This document shows positions 9,659 to 19,970 of a stretch of 64,000 bases of DNA, in pieces; positions within the stretch are counted from its first letter, which is position 1; each line of letters begins with the position of its first letter. The DNA is from an uncultured delta proteobacterium (GTDB lineage: Bacteria > Desulfobacterota > RBG-13-43-22): positions 224,001 to 288,000 of the forward strand of contig CAWBOS010000011.1 of NCBI GenBank assembly GCA_963790475.1. Direction: 5' to 3'. The position numbers and the translations under genes were made by a program. The notes under the pieces were generated by a model, which did not search any database, had not been told where the DNA came from, and worked only from the letters and a program-made list of their open reading frames with translations.

Positions 9659-11383
9659 CTACCGTATATAAGCCTCGGTCACATAGCGGCGCATCATGCG
9701 GTGGGTATTAAAATAATAGGCATTTTTTCCGATGGCATTTTGCATCATCCGGACCCAGATCCCTTTTTCATTATAATAAAGGGGTATGATGATCTTTTCG
9801 AGCTTATTGTATAAGTCCTCGGCATCCCGGGTATCATAGTCGTCCACCAGTTTTGTTTCGGTTGGGTTGGGTCCTATGGACCATCCCGTGTATCCTTCGA
9901 TATGACCTTCTATCCACCATCCGTCCAGGACACTGAAATTCAAAACACCGTTATGGGCCGCTTTCATCCCGCTGGTGCCCGAGGCCTCCCGGGGTCGAAG
10001 GGGAGTATTAAGCCAGACATCCACGCCCGAAACCAATTTCAAGGCCAGCTCCATATCATAGTTGGCCAGATAAACCAATTGGATTTGACCTTTCAATTTT
10101 TCCTTGAAATCAAAAATCCTTTCGATCAGGGCCTTGCCCGGCTGATCGTTAGGATGGGCCTTACCGGCATAGACGATTTGAATCTTACCCGTCCCTATGG
10201 TCTTTAGTCTTTCCAAATCACTGAATAACAGATCGGCCCTTTTATAAGCCGTTGCCCGGCGGGCAAAACCGAAGGTCAGCACCTCCGGGTCCATATTCAA
10301 ACCAGTGGTCTCTTGAACATAGCTGAATAAAACCTTCTTAGCTTCCTGGTGGGCTTCCCATATTTCTTCATCCGGGACCCTTTCGATACGGACAAATAAT
10401 TCAGGTTCATTGGCCCAACCGGGCAGGTATTTGTCATAAAGTTTCTTGAAGCTTTCACAGGTCCAGGTGTAGGAATGAACCCCATTGGTGATGGCGCTGA
10501 TTTTGTAACCGGGAAACATATTCCTGGAAATTTCACAGTGTTTTTTGGCCACCCCGTTAACGAATTCGCTCAGGTTAAGGGCCAGCAAAGTCATATTCAA
10601 AAATTCCTGCCCGGCAAGACCTTTCAGCACATCAAAGGGAATGGGCTCACCCAGGATCTGCCGGACTAAGTCATAGGAAAAACGGTCGTGGCCGGCATCC
10701 ACCGGGGTATGGGTGGTAAAAACACAAAGATCTTTTACCCGGTTGACATCCCAGACCAGTTTTTCGTCCCAAACCTCTTCAATCGGCTTTTGAAAAATTT
10801 GGAGAAGTTCAAGGGTTAACAGACTGGCGTGACCTTCATTAAGATGATATTTTTTGATTTCAAAACCCAGTTTTTTCAGCAGTCGTGCCCCGCCGATGCC
10901 CAGGACAATTTCCTGTTTTAAACGGTAAGCCAGATCCTTCCCGTAAAGGAAAGAGGTGATTTCCCGATCCTCGGGGGCATTTTCTTTTATGTCGGTATCG
11001 AGAAAGAAAACCGGGACCTGTCCTCCGGTAAAGCTTTTTACCGTATAGAACCAGGCCTGAATTAAAACCTTCCGGCCTTCAATCTCCACCGAAACCTTGG
11101 GGGAAAGCAGGGTCATGAATTTGGCCGGCTCCCAGAAAACCGGGTGTTCGGTCTGCCTGCCTTTTTCATCCAATTCCTGGCGGAAATATCCTTTTTCACT
11201 GAGCAGGGTAACCGCTACCATGGGAAGATTGAGGTCGGCCCCGGATTTGATGGTGTCTCCGGCTAAAACACCCAGACCGCCGCTGTAGGTCGGGATACTG
11301 CTCTGTATCCCTATTTCCATAGAGAAATAGGCAATCATGGGTTCTTTGGTCAATTCCATCAACAAAATGGCTTCGGGATTCAT
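9659..11383 (-). CDS. glgP: Alpha-glucan (glycogen/starch) phosphorylase
   Basis: YFSMEIG, YSGGLGVLAGD, HLNEGH and EASGTSGMKAA (PLP lysine). Confidence 0.92.
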   Translation of the reverse strand: MNPEAILLMELTKEPMIAYFSMEIGIQSSIPTYSGGLGVLAGDTIKSGADLNLPMVAVTLLSEKGYFRQELDEKGRQTEHPVFWEPAKFMTLLSPKVSVEIEGRKVLIQAWFYTVKSFTGGQVPVFFLDTDIKENAPEDREITSFLYGKDLAYRLKQEIVLGIGGARLLKKLGFEIKKYHLNEGHASLLTLELLQIFQKPIEEVWDEKLVWDVNRVKDLCVFTTHTPVDAGHDRFSYDLVRQILGEPIPFDVLKGLAGQEFLNMTLLALNLSEFVNGVAKKHCEISRNMFPGYKISAITNGVHSYTWTCESFKKLYDKYLPGWANEPELFVRIERVPDEEIWEAHQEAKKVLFSYVQETTGLNMDPEVLTFGFARRATAYKRADLLFSDLERLKTIGTGKIQIVYAGKAHPNDQPGKALIERIFDFKEKLKGQIQLVYLANYDMELALKLVSGVDVWLNTPLRPREASGTSGMKAAHNGVLNFSVLDGWWIEGHIEGYTGWSIGPNPTETKLVDDYDTRDAEDLYNKLEKIIIPLYYNEKGIWVRMMQNAIGKNAYYFNTHRMMRRYVTEAYIR

Positions 11384-11582
11384 GGACTTCCTTTAAATAT
11401 TGAATTTATTGGGAAACGACATCCCCATTCTTTTTTTCTATTTTAATTTGGATTAAAATCCATAATATTGTCAAGCGATTATTTGTTTAATTATTTTTCT
11501 TGCCAATAGAGGGCAAATCGGCTATAAGTTATACTTTTAAATATATTTCTTCAGAAATTTCGGAAATCAAGAGGGGAACTGG

Positions 11583-11681
11583 ATGGGTAGCGTAGTCAAA
11601 AAAAGACGAAAAAAAATGAGGAAGCATAAGCATAAAAAGTTGATGAGAAAAACCCGTCATCAACGTAAGAAGAGGGGTTAA
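11583..11681 (+). CDS. AURKAIP1/COX24-domain basic peptide (bS22/mS38-like), 32 aa
   Basis: MGSVVKKRRKKMRKHKHKKLMRKTRHQRKKRG with upstream SD gagggg; below the ORF-track size cutoff. Confidence 0.85.
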   Translation: MGSVVKKRRKKMRKHKHKKLMRKTRHQRKKRG

Positions 11682-11784
11682 CCGCCCCAACCTTTCAGAA
11701 GGGCATCGTTACTCATCGTTCGGGCGTTTTCGATTTGGATTGTACCTGCCGATAAAAAGAAACGTTCCACCATTTTTCCAAATC

Positions 11785-11816
11785 CAGGCCATCCCTTCCG
11801 GGTATGGCCTGTTTTT
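11785..11816 (+). terminator. Intrinsic terminator between the bS22-like gene and thiD
   Basis: caggccat-cccttccgggt-atggcctg followed by ttttt. Confidence 0.65.
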
Positions 11817-11848
11817 ATTGGTAAGGGGGGACTATTATTTCTCGCATT

Positions 11849-12622
11849 TTGACCATTGCCGGTTCGGATTCCGGCGGCGGAGCGGGTATCCAGGCCGATC
11901 TGAAAGTCGTCGCCCTGCTGGGAGGATATGGAACTTCGGTCATAACCGCCCTGACGGCCCAAAACACCTTGGGGGTACAAGGGATCTTTCCGGTCCCCGT
12001 TTCCTTTATCGAAAAACAGCTTAATTCGGTCCTTTCCGATATCGATGTCGATGCCGTCAAGACCGGGATGCTGGTCCAGGCCGAAGTCGTTTCTCTGGTC
12101 GCCCGGAAACTTAAAAAGAGGAAGGTGCAAAAGCTGGTAGTGGACCCGATCATGATCTCTGAAAGCGGGCATCGGCTGTTGGAGGAAAAGGCGGTCCCAA
12201 TCCTGAAAGACAACCTTTTTCCACTGGCCGGGTTGATAACCCCTAACCTCTCCGAGGCCTCCATCCTGACCGGACTTCCGGTTCGAACCCGGACCGACAT
12301 GAAAAGGGCGGCCAGGGTCATTAAAGAAGGGACCCGGGGAAATGTCCTGATCAAAGGGGGGCACTTATCCGGGGCGGCCGTAGATCTTTTTTTTGATGGG
12401 TCCACCTTCCTGGAATTTTCCAGCCCGCGTATCCGGACCCGAAGCCCTCACGGAACCGGATGTACTTTATCCGCCGCTATTACCACCTTTTGGGGACAAG
12501 GTCTTTCTTTGATCGAGGCCCTGGGAAAAGCCAAAGAATTCATCACCACGGCCATTGCCGGAGCTCAACCGATCGGTCACGGGAGAAATGTGACCGATCC
12601 CTATGCCTGGCTAAAAAAATAA
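11849..12622 (+). CDS. thiD: Hydroxymethylpyrimidine/phosphomethylpyrimidine kinase
   Basis: [32 protein letters not shown] and HGTGCT. Confidence 0.93.
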   Translation: MTIAGSDSGGGAGIQADLKVVALLGGYGTSVITALTAQNTLGVQGIFPVPVSFIEKQLNSVLSDIDVDAVKTGMLVQAEVVSLVARKLKKRKVQKLVVDPIMISESGHRLLEEKAVPILKDNLFPLAGLITPNLSEASILTGLPVRTRTDMKRAARVIKEGTRGNVLIKGGHLSGAAVDLFFDGSTFLEFSSPRIRTRSPHGTGCTLSAAITTFWGQGLSLIEALGKAKEFITTAIAGAQPIGHGRNVTDPYAWLKK

Positions 12623-12633
12623 GGAGTATTATT

Positions 12634-13921
12634 TTGACACAGATTGAATCAGCCAAAAAAGGAATCATAACTTCGGAAATGCGGGATGTGGCCCGCTATG
12701 AAGGGTTGGATCCGGAGCAGATCCAAAAAGGGGTAGCCCAGGGCACAATAGTTATCCCGGCCAACACCGAGAAAAAGAAGGACCGCCCCGTGGGCATCGG
12801 TCAAGGATTGACCATCAAGGTCAATGCCAATATCGGGACCTCGTCCGACCAGATAGACCTGGACCAGGAACTGGAAAAGCTTAAGATCTGCGTCCAAAGC
12901 AAGGCCGATACGGTGATGGACCTCAGCACCGGGGGAGACCTGAAGGAGATCCTGCGCACCATGATCGCCCATTCGCCTCTCCCTCTGGGTACGGTCCCTA
13001 TCTATCAGGCCGCGGTGGAAACGATCCGGGAAAAAGGCGGAATTATTCACCTGACCGCGGAAAAGATCTTCGAGGTGATTGAAAGCCAGGCCCGGGCCGG
13101 GGTTGATTTCATCACCGTGCATTGCGGGGTCACCCTGGGTTCCCTGGAGCGTCTGCAGCAGCAAGGCCGGATTCTGGATATCGTCAGCCGGGGCGGGGCC
13201 TTCCTGGCCACCTGGATGGTTTATCATGGGAAAGAAAACCCACTATTATGAACAATATGACCGGCTGGTGGATTTGGCCCGGAAATATGATCTGACCTTG
13301 AGCCTCGGCGACGGTCTGCGGCCGGGCTGCCTGCTCGACGCCACCGACCGGGCCCAGGTGCAGGAACTGATAACTTTAGGTGAATTACGGGAAAAGGCCC
13401 TTAAAGCCGGAGTCCAGGTCATGATCGAAGGACCTGGGCATGTACCGCTGAATCAGATCGAGGCCAATATCCTGCTCGAGAAACAGCTCTGCCAGGGTGC
13501 CCCTTTTTATGTCCTTGGTCCTTTAGTCACCGATATCGCCGCCGGTTATGATCATATCGCCTGCGCCATCGGGGGGGCACTGGCCGGGATGGCCGGAGCC
13601 GATTTTCTGTGTTATGTCACTCCTTCCGAACATCTCAAACTCCCTTCCCCGGAAGATGTGCGGGAAGGGATCATTGCCGCCCGGATCGCCGCCCATGCCG
13701 CTGATCTGGCCCGGGGGAACAAACAGGCCTGGGAACAGGACCGGCAAATGGCTTCGGCCCGCAAGGCCCTGGATTGGGAAAAGCAGATCGGACTCTGTCT
13801 GGATCCGGAAAAGGCCCGCAAAATGAGGGCTGAAACCAGCCGCGGTGAATCCGATGTCTGTACCATGTGCGGCGAATTTTGCGCCATTAAATTGATACGG
13901 GACTTTTTGAAAAAGAAATAG
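12634..13921 (+). CDS. thiC: Phosphomethylpyrimidine synthase, frameshifted near 13246
   Basis: [34 protein letters not shown] and CTMCGEFC; removing one T restores NPLYEQYD. Confidence 0.9.
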
Positions 13922-13932
13922 AGTGTTACTTT

Positions 13933-14067
13933 TGACAAGTTCGTAAAAAGTCGCCGAAACCCAAGGTACGTCATTCCGGCGAAAGCCGGAATCCAGTATT
14001 TTAAAGTAATTATAATTCTTCTGGACCCCGGCTTTCGCCGGGGTGACGACTTTTTACGAGTCCATCA
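13933..14067. repeat. REP-like palindrome pair inside a MITE-like element
   Basis: gtcattccggcgaaagccggaatccag (13970-13996) inverted to ctggaccccggctttcgccggggtgac (14021-14047); outer IR tcgtaaaaagtcg / cgactttttacga. Confidence 0.75.
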
Positions 14068-14097
14068 CTTTTTAAGGTCGTCTTTTTTAAAGCCATC

Positions 14098-15093
14098 ATG
14101 GAAGCCTCTGACCGGAAAGCTCACCCACATCCTAAAGAAATAATACTGGGGGTCTTGTCCCAAAGCGATTTTGTTTCCGGAGAGTCCCTGGCTAAACAAT
14201 TGGGAATGACCAGACCGGCGGTCTGGAAATATATCACCCAACTCAAAGAAGAGGGATTCAAAATCGAATCCCTTCAGGGTAAAGGTTATCGTCTCCAGGC
14301 CCTTCCTGATATTTTATATCCGGATCTGATTCGGCAGGAGATCGATACTCACCGTTTCGGGCAAAACATTTTTCATTTTCTGCGCACCGATTCCACCAAT
14401 ATCCAGGCCCGGTCTCTGGCCGCCAACGGGGCCCGGGAAGGGACCTTGCTGGTAGCTGAATATCAGGAAAAGGGGAAAGGCCGTCTGGGCCGTCAGTGGC
14501 AATCCCCTTCCGGGAAAAATCTCCTTTTTTCTTTAATCCTGCGGCCGGACTGGCCCCCGCAACAGGCCTTTTATGGGACGGTGCTGACTTCGGTTTCCCT
14601 TTGCCGGGCCATACCAGAAGTCACCGGTATTGAAGTGGGCATCAAATGGCCCAATGACATTTATGCCGGTGAAAAAAAATTAGCCGGGATCCTGACCGAG
14701 TTTGCCACCGATCCGGATCGAATCGAGTATATGATTGTCGGGATCGGGATCAACTGCAACTGGTCCCCGCCCAAACCGCCACCGGAAGGGCAGCCGTCCA
14801 TCAGCCTTCTTAAAGAGACCGGTCACAAAATTTCCCGTCTCAGGCTTCTGGCGCGTTTTCTGAAACAGGCGGAAACCTTATATGAACAAACTAATATCGA
14901 AGGAGTCGGTTTGCTAAAGGAGGAATGGAATCGATATTCCCTGGTCAATAATCGACGGATAACGATATCCAACAATCAGAAGACTTGGACCGGCATAGGC
15001 CAGGGTATCGATGATCATGGTGCCCTGATCCTTCAGCTTGACAATGGCCAACAGGAAAAATTTCTTGCCGGGGACGTGCATTTAAGATTTTAA
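14098..15093 (+). CDS. birA: Bifunctional biotin ligase/repressor
   Basis: N-terminal HTH (SGESLA...AVWKYI), STN, Q.KGKGRLGR.W, KWPND and KLAGIL. Confidence 0.92.
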   Translation: MEASDRKAHPHPKEIILGVLSQSDFVSGESLAKQLGMTRPAVWKYITQLKEEGFKIESLQGKGYRLQALPDILYPDLIRQEIDTHRFGQNIFHFLRTDSTNIQARSLAANGAREGTLLVAEYQEKGKGRLGRQWQSPSGKNLLFSLILRPDWPPQQAFYGTVLTSVSLCRAIPEVTGIEVGIKWPNDIYAGEKKLAGILTEFATDPDRIEYMIVGIGINCNWSPPKPPPEGQPSISLLKETGHKISRLRLLARFLKQAETLYEQTNIEGVGLLKEEWNRYSLVNNRRITISNNQKTWTGIGQGIDDHGALILQLDNGQQEKFLAGDVHLRF

Positions 15094-15131
15094 GACTTTT
15101 TGTATCAGTTTAGCTTTTTGAAATAAATGTT

Positions 15132-15326
15132 TTCACCGCAAAGGCGCAAAGGGCGCAAAGAAATGAATATTTTCATTGATTGCCGGTGAGGGGGCCGGAA
15201 ATCAATAGCCTTCGCTAGCTTGCTGGGTAATTTTTTGCCGGAGGCCAGAGTTGGTTTATTCAATCCACCTCTCATGGGATTGAACAAAAACAATTCTCTC
15301 TGCGATCTTTGCGGCTTTGCGGTGAA
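15132..15326. repeat. Intergenic inverted-repeat element
   Basis: ttcaccgcaaaggcgcaaag and ctttgcggctttgcggtgaa form a 20-bp IR with one mismatch. Confidence 0.7.
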
Positions 15327-15379
15327 TATAAACCCTTTTTCGAATAACTAAAGTGTTACGATTTTTATAGGAGGGCTTC

Positions 15380-17167
15380 ATGAAAGTACTGGTTGTAGGT
15401 GGAGGCGGCCGGGAACATACCTTGGTCTGGAAGATCGCCCAGAGTCCAAAAGTGTCTAAAATCTATTGCGCCCCGGGCAATCCCGGGATCGGGGAATTGG
15501 CCGAGTGTCTGCCCCTAAAGGCCGATGATATCCCCGGCCTGGTCCGATTTGCCCAAAAAGAAAAGATCGGCTTGACCGTGGTTGGTCCCGAAGATCCCTT
15601 AACCAGAGGACTGGTCGATGCCCTGGAGAAAAAAGGGCTCAAGGCCTTCGGTCCCAAGAAAAATGCCGCTGTCCTGGAGGCCAGTAAAGATTTTGCCAAA
15701 CGCATCATGGCCAAGTACCATATCCCCACGGCGTCCTTCAAAACCTTCACCGATCCTAAAAAGGCCTTGGCCCATTTGGAAAAAGTGGGGGCCCCGATCG
15801 TGGTTAAAGCCGATGGACTTGCTGCCGGCAAGGGGGTTATGGTTTGTCAGACCAAGGCCGAGGCCCGGGCGGCCATTGAATTAATCATGTACGATAAGGC
15901 CTTTGGGGAAGCAGGCAATATGCTCCTCCTGGAGGAATGTCTTACCGGGGAAGAGGCCTCATTCCTGGCCTTTACTGACGGCCGGACTGTCCTGCCCATG
16001 CCCACTTCTCAGGATCACAAACCCATCTACGATAACGATCAGGGGCCGAATACCGGGGGAATGGGTGCTTATTCCCCGGCACCGGTGGTCGACCCGGCCC
16101 TGTTTCAGGAGGCCATGAACCAGGTGATGATTCCCACGGTCCAGGCCATGGCCAAAGAGGGACGGCTGTACAAAGGGGTGCTTTATGCCGGATTGATGAT
16201 CAAAGACGGCCGGATAAAAGTCCTGGAATTTAATGTCCGCTTTGGAGATCCCGAGACCCAGCCGTTGTTGATACGTTTAAAAACAGATCTGGTGGAGATC
16301 TTTGAGGCCGTGGTTAATGGGACCTTGCATAAAATAAAAATTGACTGGGACGAACGGCCGGCGGTCTGCGTGGTCATGGCCGAAAAAGGTTATCCCGGGT
16401 CCTATCAAAAGGGCCACGTCATTAAAGGACTGGATCAGGTCAAAGGCATGAAGGATGTGGTGGCCTTTCACGCCGGTACCGCCTTAAAAGAAAAGTCTAT
16501 TGTCACCAACGGGGGACGGGTCCTGGGTGTGACCGCCCTGGGAGAGGACATTCCCAAAGCCATAAAAAAGGCCTACCAGGCTGTGGGAAAGATCGGTTGG
16601 GAAACCGCTTATTGTCGAACCGATATCGGTCGAAAGGCCTTAAGATACTCCGGGAGTAAAACCAATTCAGCCCCTTTGGTGGGGATTGTCCTGGGCAGTG
16701 ATTCGGATCTTCCGACTATGGAAGGGACAACGAAGATTTTAAGGGAATTTAACATTCCCTATGAGCTGATGGTTTCCTCGGCCCATCGCTCGCCTAAGAA
16801 GACGGCCGAATTTGCCCGCAAGGCGGGAGAGCGGGGTTTCAAGCTCCTTATTGCCGGGGCCGGGGCGGCCGCGCATCTGGCTGGGGTTTTGGCGGCAGAG
16901 ACCACCCTGCCTGTTATCGGGGTGCCTATTGATTCTTCTTCGTTAAATGGTTTGGATTCTTTGCTGGCCATGGTTCAAATGCCCTCGGGCATTCCAGTGG
17001 CCACCATGGCGGTCGGGCCCGCCGGGGCCAAGAATGCCGCCATCCTGGCCGCCCAGATCCTGGCCTTGAACTCACCCTCTCTGGCCTCGGCCTTGAAAGA
17101 CTTCAAGCAGCATTTGGAAAAAGAGGTTTGGGAAAAAGACAAGAAAATACATGCGATCTGGCCGTAG
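15380..17167 (+). CDS. purD: Fused PurD (GAR synthetase) - PurE (N5-CAIR mutase)
   Basis: GGGGREH, KADGLAAGKGV, GPNTGGMG and RFGDPE, then in frame GSDSD, SAHRSP and AGAAAHL. Confidence 0.92.
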   Translation: MKVLVVGGGGREHTLVWKIAQSPKVSKIYCAPGNPGIGELAECLPLKADDIPGLVRFAQKEKIGLTVVGPEDPLTRGLVDALEKKGLKAFGPKKNAAVLEASKDFAKRIMAKYHIPTASFKTFTDPKKALAHLEKVGAPIVVKADGLAAGKGVMVCQTKAEARAAIELIMYDKAFGEAGNMLLLEECLTGEEASFLAFTDGRTVLPMPTSQDHKPIYDNDQGPNTGGMGAYSPAPVVDPALFQEAMNQVMIPTVQAMAKEGRLYKGVLYAGLMIKDGRIKVLEFNVRFGDPETQPLLIRLKTDLVEIFEAVVNGTLHKIKIDWDERPAVCVVMAEKGYPGSYQKGHVIKGLDQVKGMKDVVAFHAGTALKEKSIVTNGGRVLGVTALGEDIPKAIKKAYQAVGKIGWETAYCRTDIGRKALRYSGSKTNSAPLVGIVLGSDSDLPTMEGTTKILREFNIPYELMVSSAHRSPKKTAEFARKAGERGFKLLIAGAGAAAHLAGVLAAETTLPVIGVPIDSSSLNGLDSLLAMVQMPSGIPVATMAVGPAGAKNAAILAAQILALNSPSLASALKDFKQHLEKEVWEKDKKIHAIWP

Positions 17168-17364
17168 GAGACATGAGGTGTGAGGCCAGAGGGGAAAGAA
17201 AGCGTGAGGCATGAGGCACGAGGCATGAGGCAAAAGAAAGATCCTGCGTATTTTTTAAGAAGCAAAAACGTCAATCTTTTGCTAAGGTTTCGGTCCATTT
17301 TTTTCCATCAATCTTCTCGCCTCTTATGTCTTGCCTCATTCCTCACGCCTCTCGCCTACTTCTC

Positions 17365-18618
17365 ATGAAAATCATCGCCGACTTCCATGTCCATTCGGCC
17401 TACAGCCGGGCCACCAGCAAAGAGATGCATTTGCCGACCATGGCCCACTGGGCCGGGCTGAAAGGGATTCATCTGCTGGGAACCGGCGATTTCACCCATC
17501 CAACCTACTTTGAAGAGATCAAGACCGAACTGGAAGAAACCGGCCAGGGGCTCCTTAAATTAAAGGGGGATGAGGCCGCGCCAGTCCACTTTATATTGAC
17601 TGCCGAAACCAGCCACATTTATACCCAGGCTGGCAAAGGCCGCCGAGTCCATATGATGATCTTCGCCCCGGCGATTCGTTCGGTGGAAAAGATCAATCTT
17701 CATCTGGACCGCATCGGCAATGTCAAGTCCGACGGCCGCCCCATCTTCGGCTTCTCGGCCAAGGACCTGGTAAAAATTGTCCTGGATATCGACCCGGAAT
17801 GCCTGGTTGTTCCGGCCCATGCCTGGACTCCCTGGTTTTCCGTCTTTGGTTCTCATTCCGGTTTTGACGGCCTGGAAGAATGCTTTGAAGAAGAAACGGC
17901 CAATATCCATGCTATTGAAACCGGCCTTTCCTCCGACCCGGCCATGAACTGGCGCTGGTCGGCCCTGGACCGGCTCAGTCTCATCTCCAATTCCGATGCC
18001 CATTCGCCGGCCAAGATCGGACGGGAGGCCAATATCTTCGATTGCCCCAAGACTTATGACGATATTATTCAAACCATCAAAGACAAAGATCCAACACGAT
18101 TTCTGGCCACCATCGAATTTTTCCCGGAAGAAGGCAAATATCATTTCGACGGTCATCGGAGTTGCGGGATCAGTTATGCTCCGGAACAAACGAGGGAGAA
18201 GGATTATCTCTGCCCCGTTTGTGGAAAAACCCTGGTGGTAGGCGTCATGCATCGGGTGGAGGCCCTGGCCGACCGGCCGGAAGGTTATGTACCCGAAGGG
18301 GCCGTCCCGGCGCTCCATCTGGTCCCCCTGGAAGAAGTCCTGGGTGAGGTTTACGACGTCGGGGCCCAATCCAAACGGATTCGAAAGGAGTATCTGCGCC
18401 TGATTGAACGAGGCGGGTCCGAGTTTCGGATCTTATTGGATCTTTCGGAAGAAGAACTGCGGTCTTTTATGGACGACCGCCTGGCCGATGGAATTTTGCA
18501 GGTCCGCCGGGGCCTGGTCCAGGTCAAACCCGGTTATGACGGGGTTTACGGGCAGGTAAAAATTTTCAAAATGGATGCCCCTTCCGCAGAACCTTCCCCT
18601 CAACTCACACTTTTTTAG
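17365..18618 (+). CDS. Endonuclease Q-family protein (PHP domain + Zn ribbon) with C-terminal QLTLF
   Basis: DFHVHS.YSRATS, GTGDFTHP, PAHAWTPW, SNSDAHS, GKYH.DGHR.C, CPVCG and PGYDGVYG. Confidence 0.88.
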   Translation: MKIIADFHVHSAYSRATSKEMHLPTMAHWAGLKGIHLLGTGDFTHPTYFEEIKTELEETGQGLLKLKGDEAAPVHFILTAETSHIYTQAGKGRRVHMMIFAPAIRSVEKINLHLDRIGNVKSDGRPIFGFSAKDLVKIVLDIDPECLVVPAHAWTPWFSVFGSHSGFDGLEECFEEETANIHAIETGLSSDPAMNWRWSALDRLSLISNSDAHSPAKIGREANIFDCPKTYDDIIQTIKDKDPTRFLATIEFFPEEGKYHFDGHRSCGISYAPEQTREKDYLCPVCGKTLVVGVMHRVEALADRPEGYVPEGAVPALHLVPLEEVLGEVYDVGAQSKRIRKEYLRLIERGGSEFRILLDLSEEELRSFMDDRLADGILQVRRGLVQVKPGYDGVYGQVKIFKMDAPSAEPSPQLTLF

Positions 18619-18720
18619 ACGCCTTATTTACCAGAGCCTTTTACCACCCCCGCATCACTGCAATCCCCTGCGATCCTCTCTTTCGTCTGACAAATCCCGA
18701 CCTCCCATGTTCTTTCCCTT
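18402..18720 (+). repeat. Repeat A, copy 1 (resident endoQ 3' end + downstream tail)
   Basis: Source sequence of the diverged copies at 28980, 41202 and 51194 and of the tail-only copies at 42938 and 48267. Confidence 0.9.
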
Positions 18721-18856
18721 TCCATCAGTAAACACCATTTCCCCCCTTAGTTTTCGCCAGTTCTACTTGATCCTTTCTTTTTTGCTTGCTATTCTGAATA
18801 AAACGGGCCTCCTCATATGAAATGAAAGATTCATTCTGTCACTTATCCGATTCTAT

Positions 18857-18881
18857 GGAACAAAAATGCTTTTCATTCGTT
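18857..18881 (+). promoter_or_regulatory. Putative ECF sigma promoter GGAAC-N16-CGTT
   Basis: ggaacaaaaatgcttttcattcgtt; the same architecture recurs at 19458-19482. Confidence 0.6.
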
Positions 18882-18889
18882 ATTCTAAT

Positions 18890-19444
18890 ATGGACATCAT
18901 GACCCCTCAGGCTGAAACTCTTTTAATCCAGCGATTTAAAGAAGGTGATCTATCGACGTTCAAACAGATCGTCCAGGTCCATCAGGATAGAATTTATAAT
19001 CTCTGCCAATATATGCTTGGAAATCCTCAAGATGCGGAGGATGCAGCTCAAGAGGTATTTATCAAGGCCTATCGAAAATTGAAGGATTTCAGACCCGAAT
19101 CCTCCCTTTACACCTGGTTATACCGTATCGGAGTGAATACCTGTCTTGACCATAAAAAGAAATCACGTACCGAGCCCATCAAACACCAATCCATGGATGA
19201 AGACTTGCCCTCGACCGAGCCATCACCTGAGAATCGTTATGAATCCAAAGAAATAGGTCAGACTATACAATCAGCCCTCCAACAATTGCCAAAGCATTCG
19301 CGAGCCGTCATCGTCTTGAGGGAGATCGAGGGGCTTTCCTACGAAGAAACGGCCGGGGTGCTGCATATCTCTTTAGGGACGGTTAAATCAAGGATATCAA
19401 GAGCGCGGGAGGAGATGCGCCAGCTCCTGCAAAACAAGATATGA
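18890..19444 (+). CDS. ECF RNA polymerase sigma factor
   Basis: DAEDAAQEVF, TWLYRI, LSYEE.A and GTVKSRISRAR; start placed downstream of the putative promoter (ORF open from 18866). Confidence 0.9.
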   Translation: MDIMTPQAETLLIQRFKEGDLSTFKQIVQVHQDRIYNLCQYMLGNPQDAEDAAQEVFIKAYRKLKDFRPESSLYTWLYRIGVNTCLDHKKKSRTEPIKHQSMDEDLPSTEPSPENRYESKEIGQTIQSALQQLPKHSRAVIVLREIEGLSYEETAGVLHISLGTVKSRISRAREEMRQLLQNKI

Positions 19445-19457
19445 AAATAGAATTTAG

Positions 19458-19482
19458 GGAACAAAATCGAATCTCGGTCGTT
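19458..19482 (+). promoter_or_regulatory. Second putative ECF promoter, upstream of the anti-sigma gene
   Basis: ggaacaaaatcgaatctcggtcgtt (GGAAC-N16-CGTT). Confidence 0.6.
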
Positions 19483-19502
19483 TAATAGTAGGAGAGAGAA
19501 AA

Positions 19503-19970
19503 ATGAACTGTTCACAAATAAAACCAATGATCTCTCGGTATGTAGATCAAGACCTCGATCGGGACGAAAAGAGCGTTTTTGAGCTTCACATCAACCAATG
19601 TCCGGCCTGCCGAAAAGAACTGGAAGAGCAGTTATCGATTCATGGCCTTCTGGTTTCAGCGGAAAAGTATGAAGCCCCTATCGGTTTTACAACCAGAGTC
19701 ATGGCCCGTATTGAAGAAAAAGAAAGAAGGCCTTCCTTCTGGAGTTTTTTTACGCTTCAGCCTGTCTTCCTCCGGGCCGTTGAAGTGGCCTTCGCCCTGG
19801 TTATCATCTTGATCGGCATGGTCTCTGGTAACCTGCTGTTTACCGGCAAAGCACCCGAAAGACCCATGACTGTTCAAGAATCCTTTTCTCTCGATCTTTT
19901 CCAGGCCACACCTCCTGGTTCGATCAGTGGGGCCTATATGGCCCTGGCGGAGGGAACCTATGAAAAATAA
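19503..19970 (+). CDS. Zinc-binding (zf-HC2) anti-sigma factor
   Basis: HINQCPAC (HxxxCxxC) and one TM helix; follows the ECF sigma gene. Confidence 0.88.
   Translation: MNCSQIKPMISRYVDQDLDRDEKSVFELHINQCPACRKELEEQLSIHGLLVSAEKYEAPIGFTTRVMARIEEKERRPSFWSFFTLQPVFLRAVEVAFALVIILIGMVSGNLLFTGKAPERPMTVQESFSLDLFQATPPGSISGAYMALAEGTYEK

Noticed and set aside
11680-11850. TPP riboswitch upstream of thiD-thiC
   Set aside because: No CUGAGA or other TPP aptamer core; only a terminator hairpin is visible
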